Shown one piece after another: positions 48,852 through 59,589 of a DNA stretch of 64,000 nucleotides. Positions within the stretch are counted from its first letter, which is position 1; each line of letters starts with the position of its first letter. The translations under genes were made by a program, and so were the position numbers. The notes under the pieces are model-generated. The model made no database searches. It saw only the letters and a list, made by a program, of their open reading frames with translations, and was not told the DNA's origin. The stretch is from assembly GCA_965203515.1 (NCBI GenBank), contig OZ241907.1, positions 256,001 to 320,000 on the forward strand, given 5' to 3'. Source of the stretch: Spirochaetia bacterium (GTDB lineage Bacteria; Spirochaetota; Spirochaetia; SZUA-6; Bin103).

Positions 48852-50093
48852 GTGCGGCGCGAGCCCGGACCGGTGAGCGCGAGCGCAGGGTCCGGCCGGC
48901 GCGCGAAGGCGTCGGCGATCGACCGGCTCGGCACCGAGACGGCGTTCGCGGTTTCGGCCGACGCGGCGCGGTGGGCGGCGCAGGGCCACCGCGTCTATCC
49001 GTTTCACCTGGGCGACATCGATCTCCGCACTCCCGAAAACGTCATCGCAGCGGCCGAACGGGCCATGCGCGACGGCAGGACCGGCTACACGCCCGCACCC
49101 GGCATCCCGGAGTTGCGCGAGGCGATCGCCCAGGAGGTCGGGGCGGCGCGCGGCGTGAGCTACGGACCGGAGCACGTCTCGGTGCAACCGGGGGCCAAGC
49201 CGGTCATCGGCAAGCTGCTCATGAGCGTCATGGACCCGGGCGACGGGGTGGCGTACCCCAATCCCGGCTATCCGATCTACGAGTCGCAGGTCGACTATCT
49301 GGGCGGTCGGGGCCGCCCGTACGGCTACGTCGAAGGGGATGACGGCTTTCGCATCGACCGTGAGTCGCTCGAAGCGGCGCTTGGCGACGCGGCGCGCGTG
49401 CTGATCGTCAACGGCCAGCACAATCCCACCGGCGCCGACGCCGCCGCGGAAGAGATCGCGTGGTTGGCGCGGATCGCCCGTGAACGCGACCTGTGGGTGC
49501 TGGCCGACGAGCCGTATTTCGACATCCGCTACGGTGGCGGCAGCCGCAGTCTGGCGTCCGAACCGGAGATGGCCGAGCGCACCGTGATCGGCTATACGTT
49601 CTCCAAGAAGTACGCCATGACCGGCTGGCGGCTGGGCGCCGCGATCGGCCCCGCCCCCGTCATCGACCTGATCACCCGGCTCAACACCAACCACGAGTCG
49701 TGCACCTGCGGGTTCATCCAGCACGCCGGCGTGGAGGCGTTGCGGGGCGATCAGTCCGGCGCCCGGGACATCCTTGCCGTGCTGCGCCGGCGCCGCGACG
49801 TGGTGGTCGACGGCCTCAACGCGATCGACGGCGTCCGCGTCCATCGCGCCACCGCCACCTTCTACCTGTTCGTCGACGTCACCGGCGTCTATCGACGGCT
49901 CGGCTACGACGACCCGCAGGCATTTCGCACCGACGCGCTCCGCGAAACCGGGGTGTCGTTCTGCTCGCGCACCCACTTCGGGCGTGCGCTGCCCGGCGAG
50001 CGGCGGGTGTACGTGCGCTTCGCCTACTCCGGCATCGACGCGGCCGACGCCGAGCAGGGACTGGCGGCGCTCAAGGCGTACTGGGAGCGCTAG
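48852..50093 (+). CDS. Class I/II PLP aminotransferase
   Basis: GIPELREAIA, PGYPIY, HNPTG, DEPY, FSKKYAMTGWRLG. Start uncertain. Confidence 0.92.
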   Translation: MRREPGPVSASAGSGRRAKASAIDRLGTETAFAVSADAARWAAQGHRVYPFHLGDIDLRTPENVIAAAERAMRDGRTGYTPAPGIPELREAIAQEVGAARGVSYGPEHVSVQPGAKPVIGKLLMSVMDPGDGVAYPNPGYPIYESQVDYLGGRGRPYGYVEGDDGFRIDRESLEAALGDAARVLIVNGQHNPTGADAAAEEIAWLARIARERDLWVLADEPYFDIRYGGGSRSLASEPEMAERTVIGYTFSKKYAMTGWRLGAAIGPAPVIDLITRLNTNHESCTCGFIQHAGVEALRGDQSGARDILAVLRRRRDVVVDGLNAIDGVRVHRATATFYLFVDVTGVYRRLGYDDPQAFRTDALRETGVSFCSRTHFGRALPGERRVYVRFAYSGIDAADAEQGLAALKAYWER

Positions 50094-50124
50094 GCCAAGC
50101 CAGGAGGACCGGCCGGCGTGCGCC

Positions 50125-51327
50125 TTATGTGATGATCCCGCGCCGCCGGCCCACGCGCGTGAACGCTTCGATCGCCCGGTCCAGATGCTCGCGCCGGTGC
50201 GCGGCCGAGATCTGCACGCGGATGCGGGCCTGCCCCTGCGGTACGACCGGATAGGAGAAGCCGATCACGTAGATCCCCTCGGCCAGCAGGTCGGCGGCCA
50301 TCGCCTGCGCCAGGTGCGCTTCGTACAGCATGATCGGCACGATCGGATGGACGCCCGGCGTGATGGCGAAGCCGGCGGCGGTCATGGCGGTCCGAAAGTA
50401 CGCGGTGTTCTCCGCCAGTCGATCGCGCAGCTCCGTGGTCTCGTCCAGGCGTTCCAGCACCGCCAGGCCGGCCGCCGCCAGGGCCGGAGCGAGCGAGTTG
50501 CTGAACAGGTACGGCCGTGAACGCTGCCGCAGCAGCTCCACGATCGGCGCGCGCGCCGCGGTGAACCCGCCGGAGGCGCCGCCGAGCGCCTTGCCGAGCG
50601 TGCTGGTGATGATGTCGATCTCGCCATGCACGCCGCAGTGCTCCGGCGACCCGCGGCCGGTGGCGCCGATGAAGCCGGTGGCGTGCGAGTCGTCGACCAT
50701 GACCAGCGCATCGTGCTCGCGCGCCAGCGGCACGATGCGATCGAGCGGGGCGATGTCGCCGTCCATGGAGAACACGCCGTCGGTAGCGATCAGCCGCAGC
50801 CGCGCTCCGGCGGCCTCCTGCAGCTTCGCTCTCAGGTCATCCACGTCGGCGTGCGCGTAGCGGTAGCGCGCCGCCTTGCACAGACGGATGCCGTCGATGA
50901 TCGATGCATGGTTGAGCGCGTCGGAGAGCACGGCGTCGCCGTCCTGCAGGAGCGTCTCGAACAGGCCGCCGTTGGCGTCGAAGCAGGAGGTGTAGAGGAT
51001 GGCGTCGCCGGTGCCCAGAAAGCGCGCCAGCGATCGCTCCAGCCGCTTGTGCAGGTCCTGCGTGCCGCAGATGAAGCGCACGGACGACAGCCCAAAGCCG
51101 TGCGTGCGTAGCGCCGCCGCCGCCGCGTCGATCACCGCCGGATCGCTCGACAGTCCCAGGTAGTTGTTGGCGCAGAAGTTGAGAACCTCCCGGTCCGCTC
51201 CCGCGGCGCCTGATTCGACCCGGATCGCCACCCCTTGCGGCGAGCTGATGACCCGCTCGTCCTTGTACAGGCCGGCGTCCCGGAGCTGTTCCAGCGCCGG
51301 CTGAATCACGTTGTCCAGGGTTGCCAT
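50125..51327 (-). CDS. kbl: Glycine C-acetyltransferase (2-amino-3-ketobutyrate CoA ligase)
   Basis: [53 protein letters not shown]. Confidence 0.97.
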   Translation of the reverse strand: MATLDNVIQPALEQLRDAGLYKDERVISSPQGVAIRVESGAAGADREVLNFCANNYLGLSSDPAVIDAAAAALRTHGFGLSSVRFICGTQDLHKRLERSLARFLGTGDAILYTSCFDANGGLFETLLQDGDAVLSDALNHASIIDGIRLCKAARYRYAHADVDDLRAKLQEAAGARLRLIATDGVFSMDGDIAPLDRIVPLAREHDALVMVDDSHATGFIGATGRGSPEHCGVHGEIDIITSTLGKALGGASGGFTAARAPIVELLRQRSRPYLFSNSLAPALAAAGLAVLERLDETTELRDRLAENTAYFRTAMTAAGFAITPGVHPIVPIMLYEAHLAQAMAADLLAEGIYVIGFSYPVVPQGQARIRVQISAAHRREHLDRAIEAFTRVGRRRGIIT

Positions 51328-51333
51328 GGGCCG

Positions 51334-52362
51334 TTACTCCTCGATGTCCAGGACCACTTTGCCGCAGCGGCCGGCGGCCATCGCCGCGAAGCCCGCTTCG
51401 TAGTCGTGCAGGGCCAGCCGGTGCGTCAGCACCGGCGAGACGTCCAGGCCGCTGCGCAGCATCTGCGTCATCTTGTACCAGGTCTCGTACATCTCGCGTC
51501 CATAGATACCCTTGATGCGCAGGCTCTTGAAGATCACCTGATTCCAGTCGATGGTGGTCGATGCCGGCAGAAACCCCAGCAGGGCGATCTGGCCGCCGTT
51601 GTACATGTTGGCCAGCATGGTGCGGAACGCATCGGGATTGCCGGACACCTCGATGCCGCGATCGAAGCCGTTCGACATGCCGAGCCGTTCGATCGCGCGC
51701 TCCACCGAGTCGCGCCGCACGTCGACGGCCAGAGACGCGCCCATGCGCCGCGCCAGATCGAGCCGGTAATCGATGACGTCGGTGACCACGACGTGGCGCG
51801 CGCCCAGATGGCGGCAGATCGCCGCGGCCATCACGCCGATCGGACCGGCGCCGGTGATCAGCACGTCCTCGGCGACCAGGTCGAACGACAGCGCGCAGTG
51901 CGCGGCGTTGCCCAGGGGGTCGAGGAAGGCGGCGATCTCGGTCGGAATCGAGTCGTGGATCGGCCACAGGTTGCTCTCCGGCATCACCACCAGCTCGGCG
52001 AAGGCGCCGTCGCGGTGGACGCCCACCCCCTTGGTGAGGTGACACAGGTGCGGCTTGCCGGCGCGGCAGTTGCGGCACAGCCCGCAGGTGATGTGCCCTT
52101 CGCCGGAGACCCGGTCGCCCACCCGGTGCAGCGTGGCGCCGGCGCCCAGGGCTACCACCTCTCCGACGAATTCGTGACCCGGGATCAGGGGCGGCTCGAC
52201 GACGCTACGCGCCCACTCATCCCATCGGTAGATGTGCAGGTCGGTGCCGCACACCGCCGCCTTGCGGACGCGGACCAGCACCTCCTTGGGGCCGGGTTCC
52301 GGCTCCGGTGCCTCGGCCAGCGTCAGCCCGGGGCCCGCCGTCTCCTTGAGCAATGCCTTCAT
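51334..52362 (-). CDS. tdh: L-threonine 3-dehydrogenase
   Basis: [55 protein letters not shown]; directly upstream of kbl. Confidence 0.97.
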   Translation of the reverse strand: MKALLKETAGPGLTLAEAPEPEPGPKEVLVRVRKAAVCGTDLHIYRWDEWARSVVEPPLIPGHEFVGEVVALGAGATLHRVGDRVSGEGHITCGLCRNCRAGKPHLCHLTKGVGVHRDGAFAELVVMPESNLWPIHDSIPTEIAAFLDPLGNAAHCALSFDLVAEDVLITGAGPIGVMAAAICRHLGARHVVVTDVIDYRLDLARRMGASLAVDVRRDSVERAIERLGMSNGFDRGIEVSGNPDAFRTMLANMYNGGQIALLGFLPASTTIDWNQVIFKSLRIKGIYGREMYETWYKMTQMLRSGLDVSPVLTHRLALHDYEAGFAAMAAGRCGKVVLDIEE

Positions 52363-52482
52363 CGGATGCGCCGGGCAGTGTAGCGCAGTACGTGCGCGCG
52401 GTCGCCGGCGTGGGAAACCGGTGACCGGCTGCGCGGGGCGGTATGATGGGAGCGCCGACGAGATCGCGGCGGAGGTGAGGCG

Positions 52483-53313
52483 ATGAGGACTGCGCTGGAA
52501 GCGGAGCAGATCGAGCGGTACCGGGAGCGGGGCTTCCTGCGCCTGGACCGGTTCCTGGCGGCGGACGAGTTGACCGAGCTCACCGACGCGGTGACCGGCG
52601 GCGTGGCGGAGATGGGGGGCGCCAAGCTGGCCGGCGTCGACCCGTCGGCAACGCCGATCAGGGACGATCCGGGCACGTGGTACGACCGGGTGTTCCTGCA
52701 GCGCGTGAACCTCTGGCGCATCAGCGCCGTGGTGCGCCGCTTCGTGATGGCGCCGGCGCTGGGCCGCATGCTGTGCGACCTGGAAGGGATCGACGGTATC
52801 CGCGTCTGGCACGATCAGACGCTGCAGAAGCGGCCGTGGGCGAATCCGACCACCTGGCATGCCGACGGGCCGAACTGGTCGTTCCATTCCCGGCACGCGG
52901 TAACGATCTGGATCGCGCTCGATCGGGCGACGATCCCGAACGGGTGCCTGTGGTTCATTCCGGGTTCGCATCGCGTGACCCGGTTCCACCAGTTTCCGAT
53001 CACGGAGAACATGGACCGGGTCTTCGATGACTATCCCGAGCTGGCGGGCCGGGAGGCGGAGGCGGTGGAGCTTGCGCCGGGCTCGGCCGCGGTGTTCAAC
53101 GGCATGCTCGTGCACGGCGCCGGTCCCAACATGACGCCTGGCTGGCGGCGGGCCATGACCTGCGCCTACATGCCGGACGGAACGACCTACAACGGCCAGC
53201 GGAACATCCTCACCGACGAACAGGTCGCCCGGCTTCGCCCCGGCAGCCCGCTCGACGACGATGCGCAGAATCCGGTCGTCTGGTCGCGCACGCGCGCGCC
53301 GACGTTCGCCTGA
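52483..53313 (+). CDS. PhyH family Fe/2OG dioxygenase
   Basis: YRERGF, WHAD, WIALD.AT..NGCL.FIPGSH, VHGAG.N, RRAMT. Confidence 0.92.
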   Translation: MRTALEAEQIERYRERGFLRLDRFLAADELTELTDAVTGGVAEMGGAKLAGVDPSATPIRDDPGTWYDRVFLQRVNLWRISAVVRRFVMAPALGRMLCDLEGIDGIRVWHDQTLQKRPWANPTTWHADGPNWSFHSRHAVTIWIALDRATIPNGCLWFIPGSHRVTRFHQFPITENMDRVFDDYPELAGREAEAVELAPGSAAVFNGMLVHGAGPNMTPGWRRAMTCAYMPDGTTYNGQRNILTDEQVARLRPGSPLDDDAQNPVVWSRTRAPTFA

Positions 53314-53328
53314 CCGGCTGCGGTTGCC

Positions 53329-53664
53329 ATGGCATTCGACACGTCGGTGCTCGACGCGGCGATTCGCCGCCGCCGCGATCGGCTGGAGCGGGAACGGGTC
53401 GAGCTCTTCCGCCGGGTGTCGAGCGCGCTTGCCGCCCGGGCGGGCGCGCTCGGTGTACGGCGCGCCTACGTCGTCGGCTCGCTGACGCGCGAGCAGGGAT
53501 GGTCGGACGGCTCCGACGTGGACGTGGCGATCTGCGGCGGCGACCCGCTTGCGGTCATGCGTCTGGTGGAGGAGGCGTCCGGGCGCGCGGTCGACGTGAT
53601 CGACCTGGACCGTCACCCGGTCCCTGCGCCGTTTCGGCGCAACGGGGCGAAGATCGTTGGATGA
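53329..53664 (+). CDS. Minimal nucleotidyltransferase (MNT/MntA-like antitoxin)
   Basis: YVVGSL..SDVDVA..VDVIDL Pol-beta signature; overlaps the HEPN-like gene. Confidence 0.88.
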   Translation: MAFDTSVLDAAIRRRRDRLERERVELFRRVSSALAARAGALGVRRAYVVGSLTREQGWSDGSDVDVAICGGDPLAVMRLVEEASGRAVDVIDLDRHPVPAPFRRNGAKIVG

Positions 53665-53916
53665 GCCGCGCCTGGCGCTGCTGCAAGGCGACCTGCAGGG
53701 CCAGTGGGAGATCGTCGACGGCGTGTTCTCGCGGATCGCCGCCCGGCATGGCCGCATTGCCGCCCGGCAAGGTCGCCGTTCGGCGTCGGTCGAGCAGGTG
53801 GAAGCGTTGGCCTACCAGCTGCACAATCTGTACGGCGCGTGTGAGCAGGGTGCGCTGCGGCCGCTGTGGACCGATTCCTCGCCCGCCTTGGGGCCGGCGG
53901 AGCGGACGACGGTTGA
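53657..53916 (+). pseudogene. HEPN (HepT-like) RNase toxin with an internal deletion and frameshift
   Basis: N-terminal [16 protein letters not shown] joins directly to C-terminal ALRPL, then VDRFLARL..* in another frame; no Rx4H motif. Confidence 0.7.
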
Positions 53917-54105
53917 AGCGCCGCCGCCGGATCGGGCGTTGCCTGGCGATTCTGGTCGCCGTCGACAAGCTGTTCTGACAGAACCGCCGGCTTGACATCG
54001 GAGCCGCCATGCTGATAGCGTGGCCGGAGGCGTCCGGATCGGCTCTTCTGGCCCGACAGGGCGCAATCACACCAACCCCACGTGAAAGGGAGGTTCGAAG
54101 AAACG

Positions 54106-55926
54106 ATGATGAGAAAACTGCTCATCACGCTCCTTACGCTGGGCTTCATCGCAGGAGCCGCCTTGGTGGCGACCGCGGAAGGCCAGGATGAGTCGATGAT
54201 GGACGAGGGTCCGATGGAGCTGAGCTGGCAGGGCATCTACGGAGACGCGGTCGTCCCCGGCAACCCGATCCAGATGGCCATCGAGGAGAGGTTCAACGTC
54301 AAGATCACCGATTCTCCGCTCGCCCGTCGCCCGCAGGAGCCGATCGACCTGATGATCGGCGCCAACGAGCATCCGGACGCCATGTATTCCTGGACGAACC
54401 ATGACCAGTGGTACGGTGCGGGTGCGTATCGCCCGATTCCGGTCGAAATGATCCGTGAACACGCACCCAATCTGGCGCGCGACTGGGACACGATCGGTCC
54501 GGGCGCCTGGATGATGTCGGCCGTCCCCGGTGACCCGTCCGCCTTGCGCGGCATCCCGCGCGGCTATGCGCATCAGGCCGGCGCCGGCGCGGCGGTCAAC
54601 TTCCGCTACGACTGGCTCGGCATGGTCGGCGTGCGGGAGGCGCTCGGCCTGTCGCAGGACATGACGTCGAGCCCCGACAGCCCGGAGGGCGTGCTGGACT
54701 CCAATCCCGGGTTCGACCCCGGACACTGGTTCATCAGCTACCACACGCCGAACATCGTCGATGTGGAGGCGGCTCTGGAAGCGATCGTCGCGGCCGATCC
54801 GGTCGGGGCGGGTCGGACCATCGGCTACAGCGGTTGGCCCCGTGAAGGCCGGCCGTGCTACTGGTGGTCGTTCGGCGCGGTGTGCCAAGCATACGGCGTC
54901 AGCTCCGAATCATGGTGGATTCACTCCCAACCCGACGGCGGCGCTACCGTGCACTACGGCTGGGACAACGTGAAGACCGCCCTGAAGACCCTGCAGCGCT
55001 GGTATCAGAAGGGCATCCTGGATAGCGAGATCCCGGCATTCGACCGCGCCGCCTTCGACGACAAGGTCGGCGCCGGCCTGGTCGCGATGTATGGCCGGGG
55101 CGCCCAGGGATGCTGGAACACGCCCGACGGTCCGGCCAATCCGGTCGTCGGCTGTCTGGCCCGCGTCAACAACCCGGACTTCCAGGAGGTGATGGTGCAC
55201 GCGGTGACCGCTCCGGACGGGACCTATGGGCTGCGTCACGAAAACACGGCGCTGCCGCTGGGCGGCCCCGGCGAGTGGTTCGTGGTCCGCCATGACGTCT
55301 CCGATGAGAAGCTGGCGAAGATCCTGCAGATCTACGACTTCACCACCAATACCTGTGAAGGCCTGCTGCTCTCCATATTCGGAATCGAGGGGACTCACTA
55401 CAACGTCGAAGGTAATGCTGAGATGTGCACGGCGGACGGGATCGAAGCTATGCGCGCCGGCGGGGTAGCGGTGCGCGCCACTGCGGATTGGGCGGATCTC
55501 ACCGCCGACGGCGTAGCCCACTACTTCAACCAACAGGGGTATTACACGCGGCTGTACGGCGATGGCTTCCCCGGCAACACCCAGTGGGAGCCGCTCAAGT
55601 CCTACAACCAGTGGCGCGGTCCGGGCGGTCTCGGCACCACCCATCTGATCCGCATGTACAAAGAGGACGTGTTCGGCGAGACCGACCACAATGAGCTGCG
55701 CGCGCGGTACAAGGGCGCGCTGGACACCATCCACGGCGAGTTCATGTACAAGGCGATGACCACCGACCTCGACATCGATGCGGAGTGGCCGAAGTACATC
55801 GCGCAGCTCAACTCCGCAGGCATGGCTGCGATCAACGCCGAGCTGAACAAGCTGCAGTACACGGTCGAAGAGCTGAACACCGTCGGCGTGACCTGCGGTG
55901 ATTCCGGGTGCGTCGCCAACAGCTGA
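54106..55926 (+). CDS. Extracellular solute-binding protein (family 1-like), orphan
   Basis: Signal peptide, IEERFNVKI, FRYDWL, WYQKGILD.E, FGIEGTHY, EWPKYIAQL..G; GGAGG SD and TTGACA at 53992. Confidence 0.85.
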   Translation: MMRKLLITLLTLGFIAGAALVATAEGQDESMMDEGPMELSWQGIYGDAVVPGNPIQMAIEERFNVKITDSPLARRPQEPIDLMIGANEHPDAMYSWTNHDQWYGAGAYRPIPVEMIREHAPNLARDWDTIGPGAWMMSAVPGDPSALRGIPRGYAHQAGAGAAVNFRYDWLGMVGVREALGLSQDMTSSPDSPEGVLDSNPGFDPGHWFISYHTPNIVDVEAALEAIVAADPVGAGRTIGYSGWPREGRPCYWWSFGAVCQAYGVSSESWWIHSQPDGGATVHYGWDNVKTALKTLQRWYQKGILDSEIPAFDRAAFDDKVGAGLVAMYGRGAQGCWNTPDGPANPVVGCLARVNNPDFQEVMVHAVTAPDGTYGLRHENTALPLGGPGEWFVVRHDVSDEKLAKILQIYDFTTNTCEGLLLSIFGIEGTHYNVEGNAEMCTADGIEAMRAGGVAVRATADWADLTADGVAHYFNQQGYYTRLYGDGFPGNTQWEPLKSYNQWRGPGGLGTTHLIRMYKEDVFGETDHNELRARYKGALDTIHGEFMYKAMTTDLDIDAEWPKYIAQLNSAGMAAINAELNKLQYTVEELNTVGVTCGDSGCVANS

Positions 55927-55975
55927 TCTGACGGCACGCGTTCGGTGGAGCAGCCGCCTCCGGCTGCCCCAAGTG

Positions 55976-56007
55976 AGAGGGGACGGTCTTGAAAGGCCGT
56001 CCCCTCT
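55976..56007 (+). terminator. Stem-loop, probable terminator
   Basis: AGAGGGGACGG..CCGTCCCCTCT perfect 11-bp stem (extendable), preceded by a smaller hairpin at 55950-55967. Confidence 0.7.
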
Positions 56008-56012
56008 TCAAA

Positions 56013-56120
56013 GATATTTCCCAAGTGAGTGGAGTGATGGTACGTGGCCAAATGATTGATATGGAGAAACTGAGGTCGCGGTTGAAAGTGAGGTTGCAGC
56101 GTGCAATGGGAAAACGATAA
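56013..56120 (+). pseudogene. C-terminal remnant of an amidohydrolase-like gene (low GC)
   Basis: DISQVSGVMVRGQMIDMEKLRSRL..* resembles amidohydrolase C-termini; overlaps the next start. Confidence 0.45.
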
Positions 56121-56845
56121 GAGGAGAACCTTACGAGCACCGAATCATGTTTGGTGTGTCACCGGATTGAGCAAATCATATGGCAATTTGACGGCGTTAA
56201 CTGACGCTGATCTTGAAGTGGGTGTAGGTGAAGTGGTAGGATTGATTGGACCAAATGGGTCGGGAAAGACCACGCTCCTCGAATGCGCCGTTGGAATCAA
56301 AAAACCAAGTGCAGGCGTGTCGCGGGTCGCAGGTGTCAATACGTGGACGCATCGCAGACGTGCCGCACGGTACTTCGGAATACGATTTCAGGAGGCTGAG
56401 TTACCTCCATTCAGTCGTGTATCGGACACGTTCAAACTGTGGGAGAGCATGTTCGGGATCGGTGATGATCGCGGGGAACTTTGCAGGGAGTTCGGAATCG
56501 GTGATAAGTACCGAGCGTTGTTCAGGACGCTATCGGGAGGCGAGAAACGTCGAGTTCTCGTGGCCCTGGCGTTCATGGGAGAACCAAAATTTGTTGTGCT
56601 AGACGAGCCTACCTCGGGCATGGACCCGCATGCGAGGTCAATTTTCTGGAGTGCCATTCGCAGACGTACGGCTAAGGGTACAGGTGTGTTGTTTTCAAGC
56701 CATGAAATGTCGGAGATGGACCTTAATTGCGATCGCGTAGCTCTTATGTTCAAAGGAAGGATTCTTGCGTCGGGTGCAGTTGACGATGTTCTGCGGTTGC
56801 ACGGCGCACACACTACGTATTTGATAAATCCTAGTCACAGGAGTG
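56101..56845 (+). pseudogene. ABC-2 type exporter ATP-binding protein, 3'-truncated (low GC)
   Basis: GPNGSGKTT, LSGGEKRR, VLDEPTSGMDP, SSH. Has no stop of its own and reads through out-of-frame into mod; no permease follows. Confidence 0.75.
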
Positions 56846-58387
56846 ACGACCAAGCGATACGGCACCTGGATCGAGGGTGCGGACGGCAACGGCCGGCCGA
56901 ACGGCGCGCGGCTGACCCTCGATTGCCGGACGGTGCCGCACATCACGCTGCGCAGCATCGCCCGCAACACCTCGCTCGATCCGATCTTCGCCCGTCACGA
57001 ACCGCTCCTGGCCGCGGCGCTCGAAGCCCTGAACCGCGCGGTCGCCGCGGTCACCGCCGAGACGCGGCGGAAGCTGGTCGAGAAGCTCCTCGCCAAGCAT
57101 CGCCGCGACGGCGCCAACGCGGTCACCGATGCCGACGTGCGGCGCTGGCTGCTGCCGGACACGCCGGGCGACTGGCTCCGCCCCGTCGGGGCGCGCCGGC
57201 CGCTCAAGGCGGTCACCGCGCGGCAGGCAGCCCGGTACCGCGACCGGATTCCGGCAGGAGAATGGCGCGCGTGGCAGGCGCCGTTCGACGCCGACCCGGA
57301 TTGGCCGCAGCCGCTGCAGGAGGCGCTGGCCGCCTACCGCGCCGCGTGGCGCGCGAAGATGGAGGAGGTCAACGCCGGCATCGCCGCCAACGCCGAGGTG
57401 GAGGAACTGGTCGACCAGCCGGCGATCGTCAAGGGCACCGTCCGCGTCGCCGGACCGTTCACCATGGAAGGGGTGATCGCGCTGGAGGAAGGGCCGGATT
57501 CGCCCATCGGCGGCGCGCCGGAGGAGTTGGACGACTTCGGCGCCGAAGACGGCGACGCGGCGGTCGCCAACGCCGAGGCGCACCTGGACAAGATGATCCG
57601 CTTGCTCAAGGCGAGCGGCGTCCAGTTTCCCGACAACAAGCACCAGCGCTTCGAGCGGCTCGACCCGATCACCGGGCCGACCCTGATCCACGCCGAAGGA
57701 GAATGGCTGAACGGCGCCGGCGCGGCCCGCACCGTGGCGGTCAGCGTCGGCCCGGAGGCCGGCAACGTCACCGCGTGGCAGGTCGAGGAGGTGGTGCGCG
57801 CCGCCAACCGGTCCGGCTACGACGACGTGGTGTTCGCCGGCTTCGGCTTCGACGCTGCGGCGCAGGCCGCCATCGAGCACGCCGCGCATCCCCATCTGCG
57901 CCTGCACATGGCGCTGATCAGCCCCGACGCGGCCATGGCCGACCTGCTCAAGACCCAGCCCGGCAGCCAGATCTTCACCGTGTTCAGCGCCCCGCGCGTG
58001 GCCGGCCCCACCCGCCGGGACGACGGCGATTACGAGGTCGAGGTGGAGGGGATGGACGTCTACGATCCGGTCTCCAACACCCTCGCCCCCACCGAATCGG
58101 CGCGCATCGCGGCTTGGTTCCTGGACACCGACTACGACGGGCGCACCTTCTGCATCTGCCAGGCGTTCTTTCCCGACAAGAGCAAGTGGCGCCGGCTGGC
58201 CAAGGCGCTCGGCAGCGCCGGCGTGGTGGACGAGGCCGCCTTCGACGACCTGAGCGGCCTGCGCAGCCTGCCGTTCGCCCCGCCGCCCGACCGCCGTGCC
58301 GGTGAACCGTGGCGCATCGCGGTCAAGGTGATCGACCCACGCGGCAACGAGGGCCTGCGCGTGCTGACCGTCGAGGCCTCGGCATGA
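56843..58387 (+). pseudogene. mod: C-terminal half of a type III-like RM DNA methyltransferase (Mod); catalytic N-terminus absent
   Basis: TVPHITLRSIA, LVDQP..VRVAGPFTME, LKT...SQIFTVF..P, GMDVYDP, WFLDTDYDG, RIAVKVIDPRGNE; no DPPY or FxGxG motifs. Confidence 0.8.
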
Positions 58388-59589
58388 TCGACCGCATCGT
58401 CATCGAGAACTTCAAGAGCTTCCGCAAGGTCGATCTCTCGCTCGGCCCGATGAATCTGTTCATCGGCACCAATGCCAGCGGCAAGTCCAACTTCCTCGAC
58501 GCGTTGCGCGTCCTGCAGGGGATCGGCAACGGCTTCACCATCGGCGAGATTCTCGACGGCAAACCGAGAAGCGCGACCAGCGAGGTATGGGAAGGGATTC
58601 GAGGCGGCAGCTCACTGACCTGCTTCGCCGGCAGCGATGGCAATGCGACGCTTGAGGTAAGTGGAATCACGTCAGCACGCTGGGAGTACACAATATCGTT
58701 CTCGCCGGCGCACGGACGAGTCACCCGTGAACGTCTCAAGTTGGGCGGGAGTAATATCTATGATTCGACTCCGATTGATAATTCTCCTGTCGACCCCGTT
58801 ATTTCGGCTCGATACTATCCGGGAACACAGGGAAGACCGCCGACGCTCAGGTTCGACAGTAGCCGGCCGGTTCTCGGACAGTTTGCCGACCTTCCACCGA
58901 GTATGATCGACAAATATCACTCCAAAATCGCCACTGATGTCTGCGCACTCTTGGCGAACACCCAACGGGTCGCCCCGTCGCCGCCGGTGCTGCAGCAGTA
59001 TTCGCAGGCACATCACGTGCAGCGTCTCGGCGATCACGGAGAGAACTTCGCGGCGCTCGTACGGACGATATGTAACGATGAACGAGAAAAGGGCGCCTAC
59101 CTGGCATGGCTCCAGGAACTTCGGCCGGACGAGGTGGAAGACGTAGGGACATTGAGCGGCGCTGTCGGCGAGCCATTATTCATGATCCGGGAAGGCGGTC
59201 AGGAATACCCCGCGTCGGTGCTGAGCGACGGCACCCTGCGGTTCGCGGCGATTACGGCCGCTTTTTTTCAGCCGGCTATGCCAAACATCATGACGATCGA
59301 GGAGATCGAGAACGGCATCCACGCCAGCCGCCTGCGGTTGCTTACGGAGCTGCTGCGAAGTCAGACTGAATCGGGCGCGACGCAAGTCTTCGCCACTACG
59401 CATTCTCCGACCGTACTCGAATGGCTCGAAGAGTCGGAGCACCGGACGACGTTCCTGGCCGCCCGTGACGAGTCCACCGGGGAGTCGACGATCCGACCGG
59501 TGATCGACGTGCCCCACTTCAAGGAGGTCGTGGGGAAGCATCCTTTGGCGGACCTTCTTGTTGAAGGCTGGCTGGAAGCCGTGCTGTGA
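58384..59589 (+). CDS. ABC/AAA_21-type ATPase (OLD/SMC-like, defence-associated)
   Basis: IENFKS, GTNASGKSN Walker A, LSDGT signature, IEEIENGIH Walker B/D-loop, TTHSP. Confidence 0.9.
   Translation: MIDRIVIENFKSFRKVDLSLGPMNLFIGTNASGKSNFLDALRVLQGIGNGFTIGEILDGKPRSATSEVWEGIRGGSSLTCFAGSDGNATLEVSGITSARWEYTISFSPAHGRVTRERLKLGGSNIYDSTPIDNSPVDPVISARYYPGTQGRPPTLRFDSSRPVLGQFADLPPSMIDKYHSKIATDVCALLANTQRVAPSPPVLQQYSQAHHVQRLGDHGENFAALVRTICNDEREKGAYLAWLQELRPDEVEDVGTLSGAVGEPLFMIREGGQEYPASVLSDGTLRFAAITAAFFQPAMPNIMTIEEIENGIHASRLRLLTELLRSQTESGATQVFATTHSPTVLEWLEESEHRTTFLAARDESTGESTIRPVIDVPHFKEVVGKHPLADLLVEGWLEAVL

Noticed and set aside
56101..58305. 734-aa ORF as a single ABC-ATPase fusion protein
   Set aside because: After ~245 aa it is an Arg/Gly-rich out-of-frame read-through of the mod remnant
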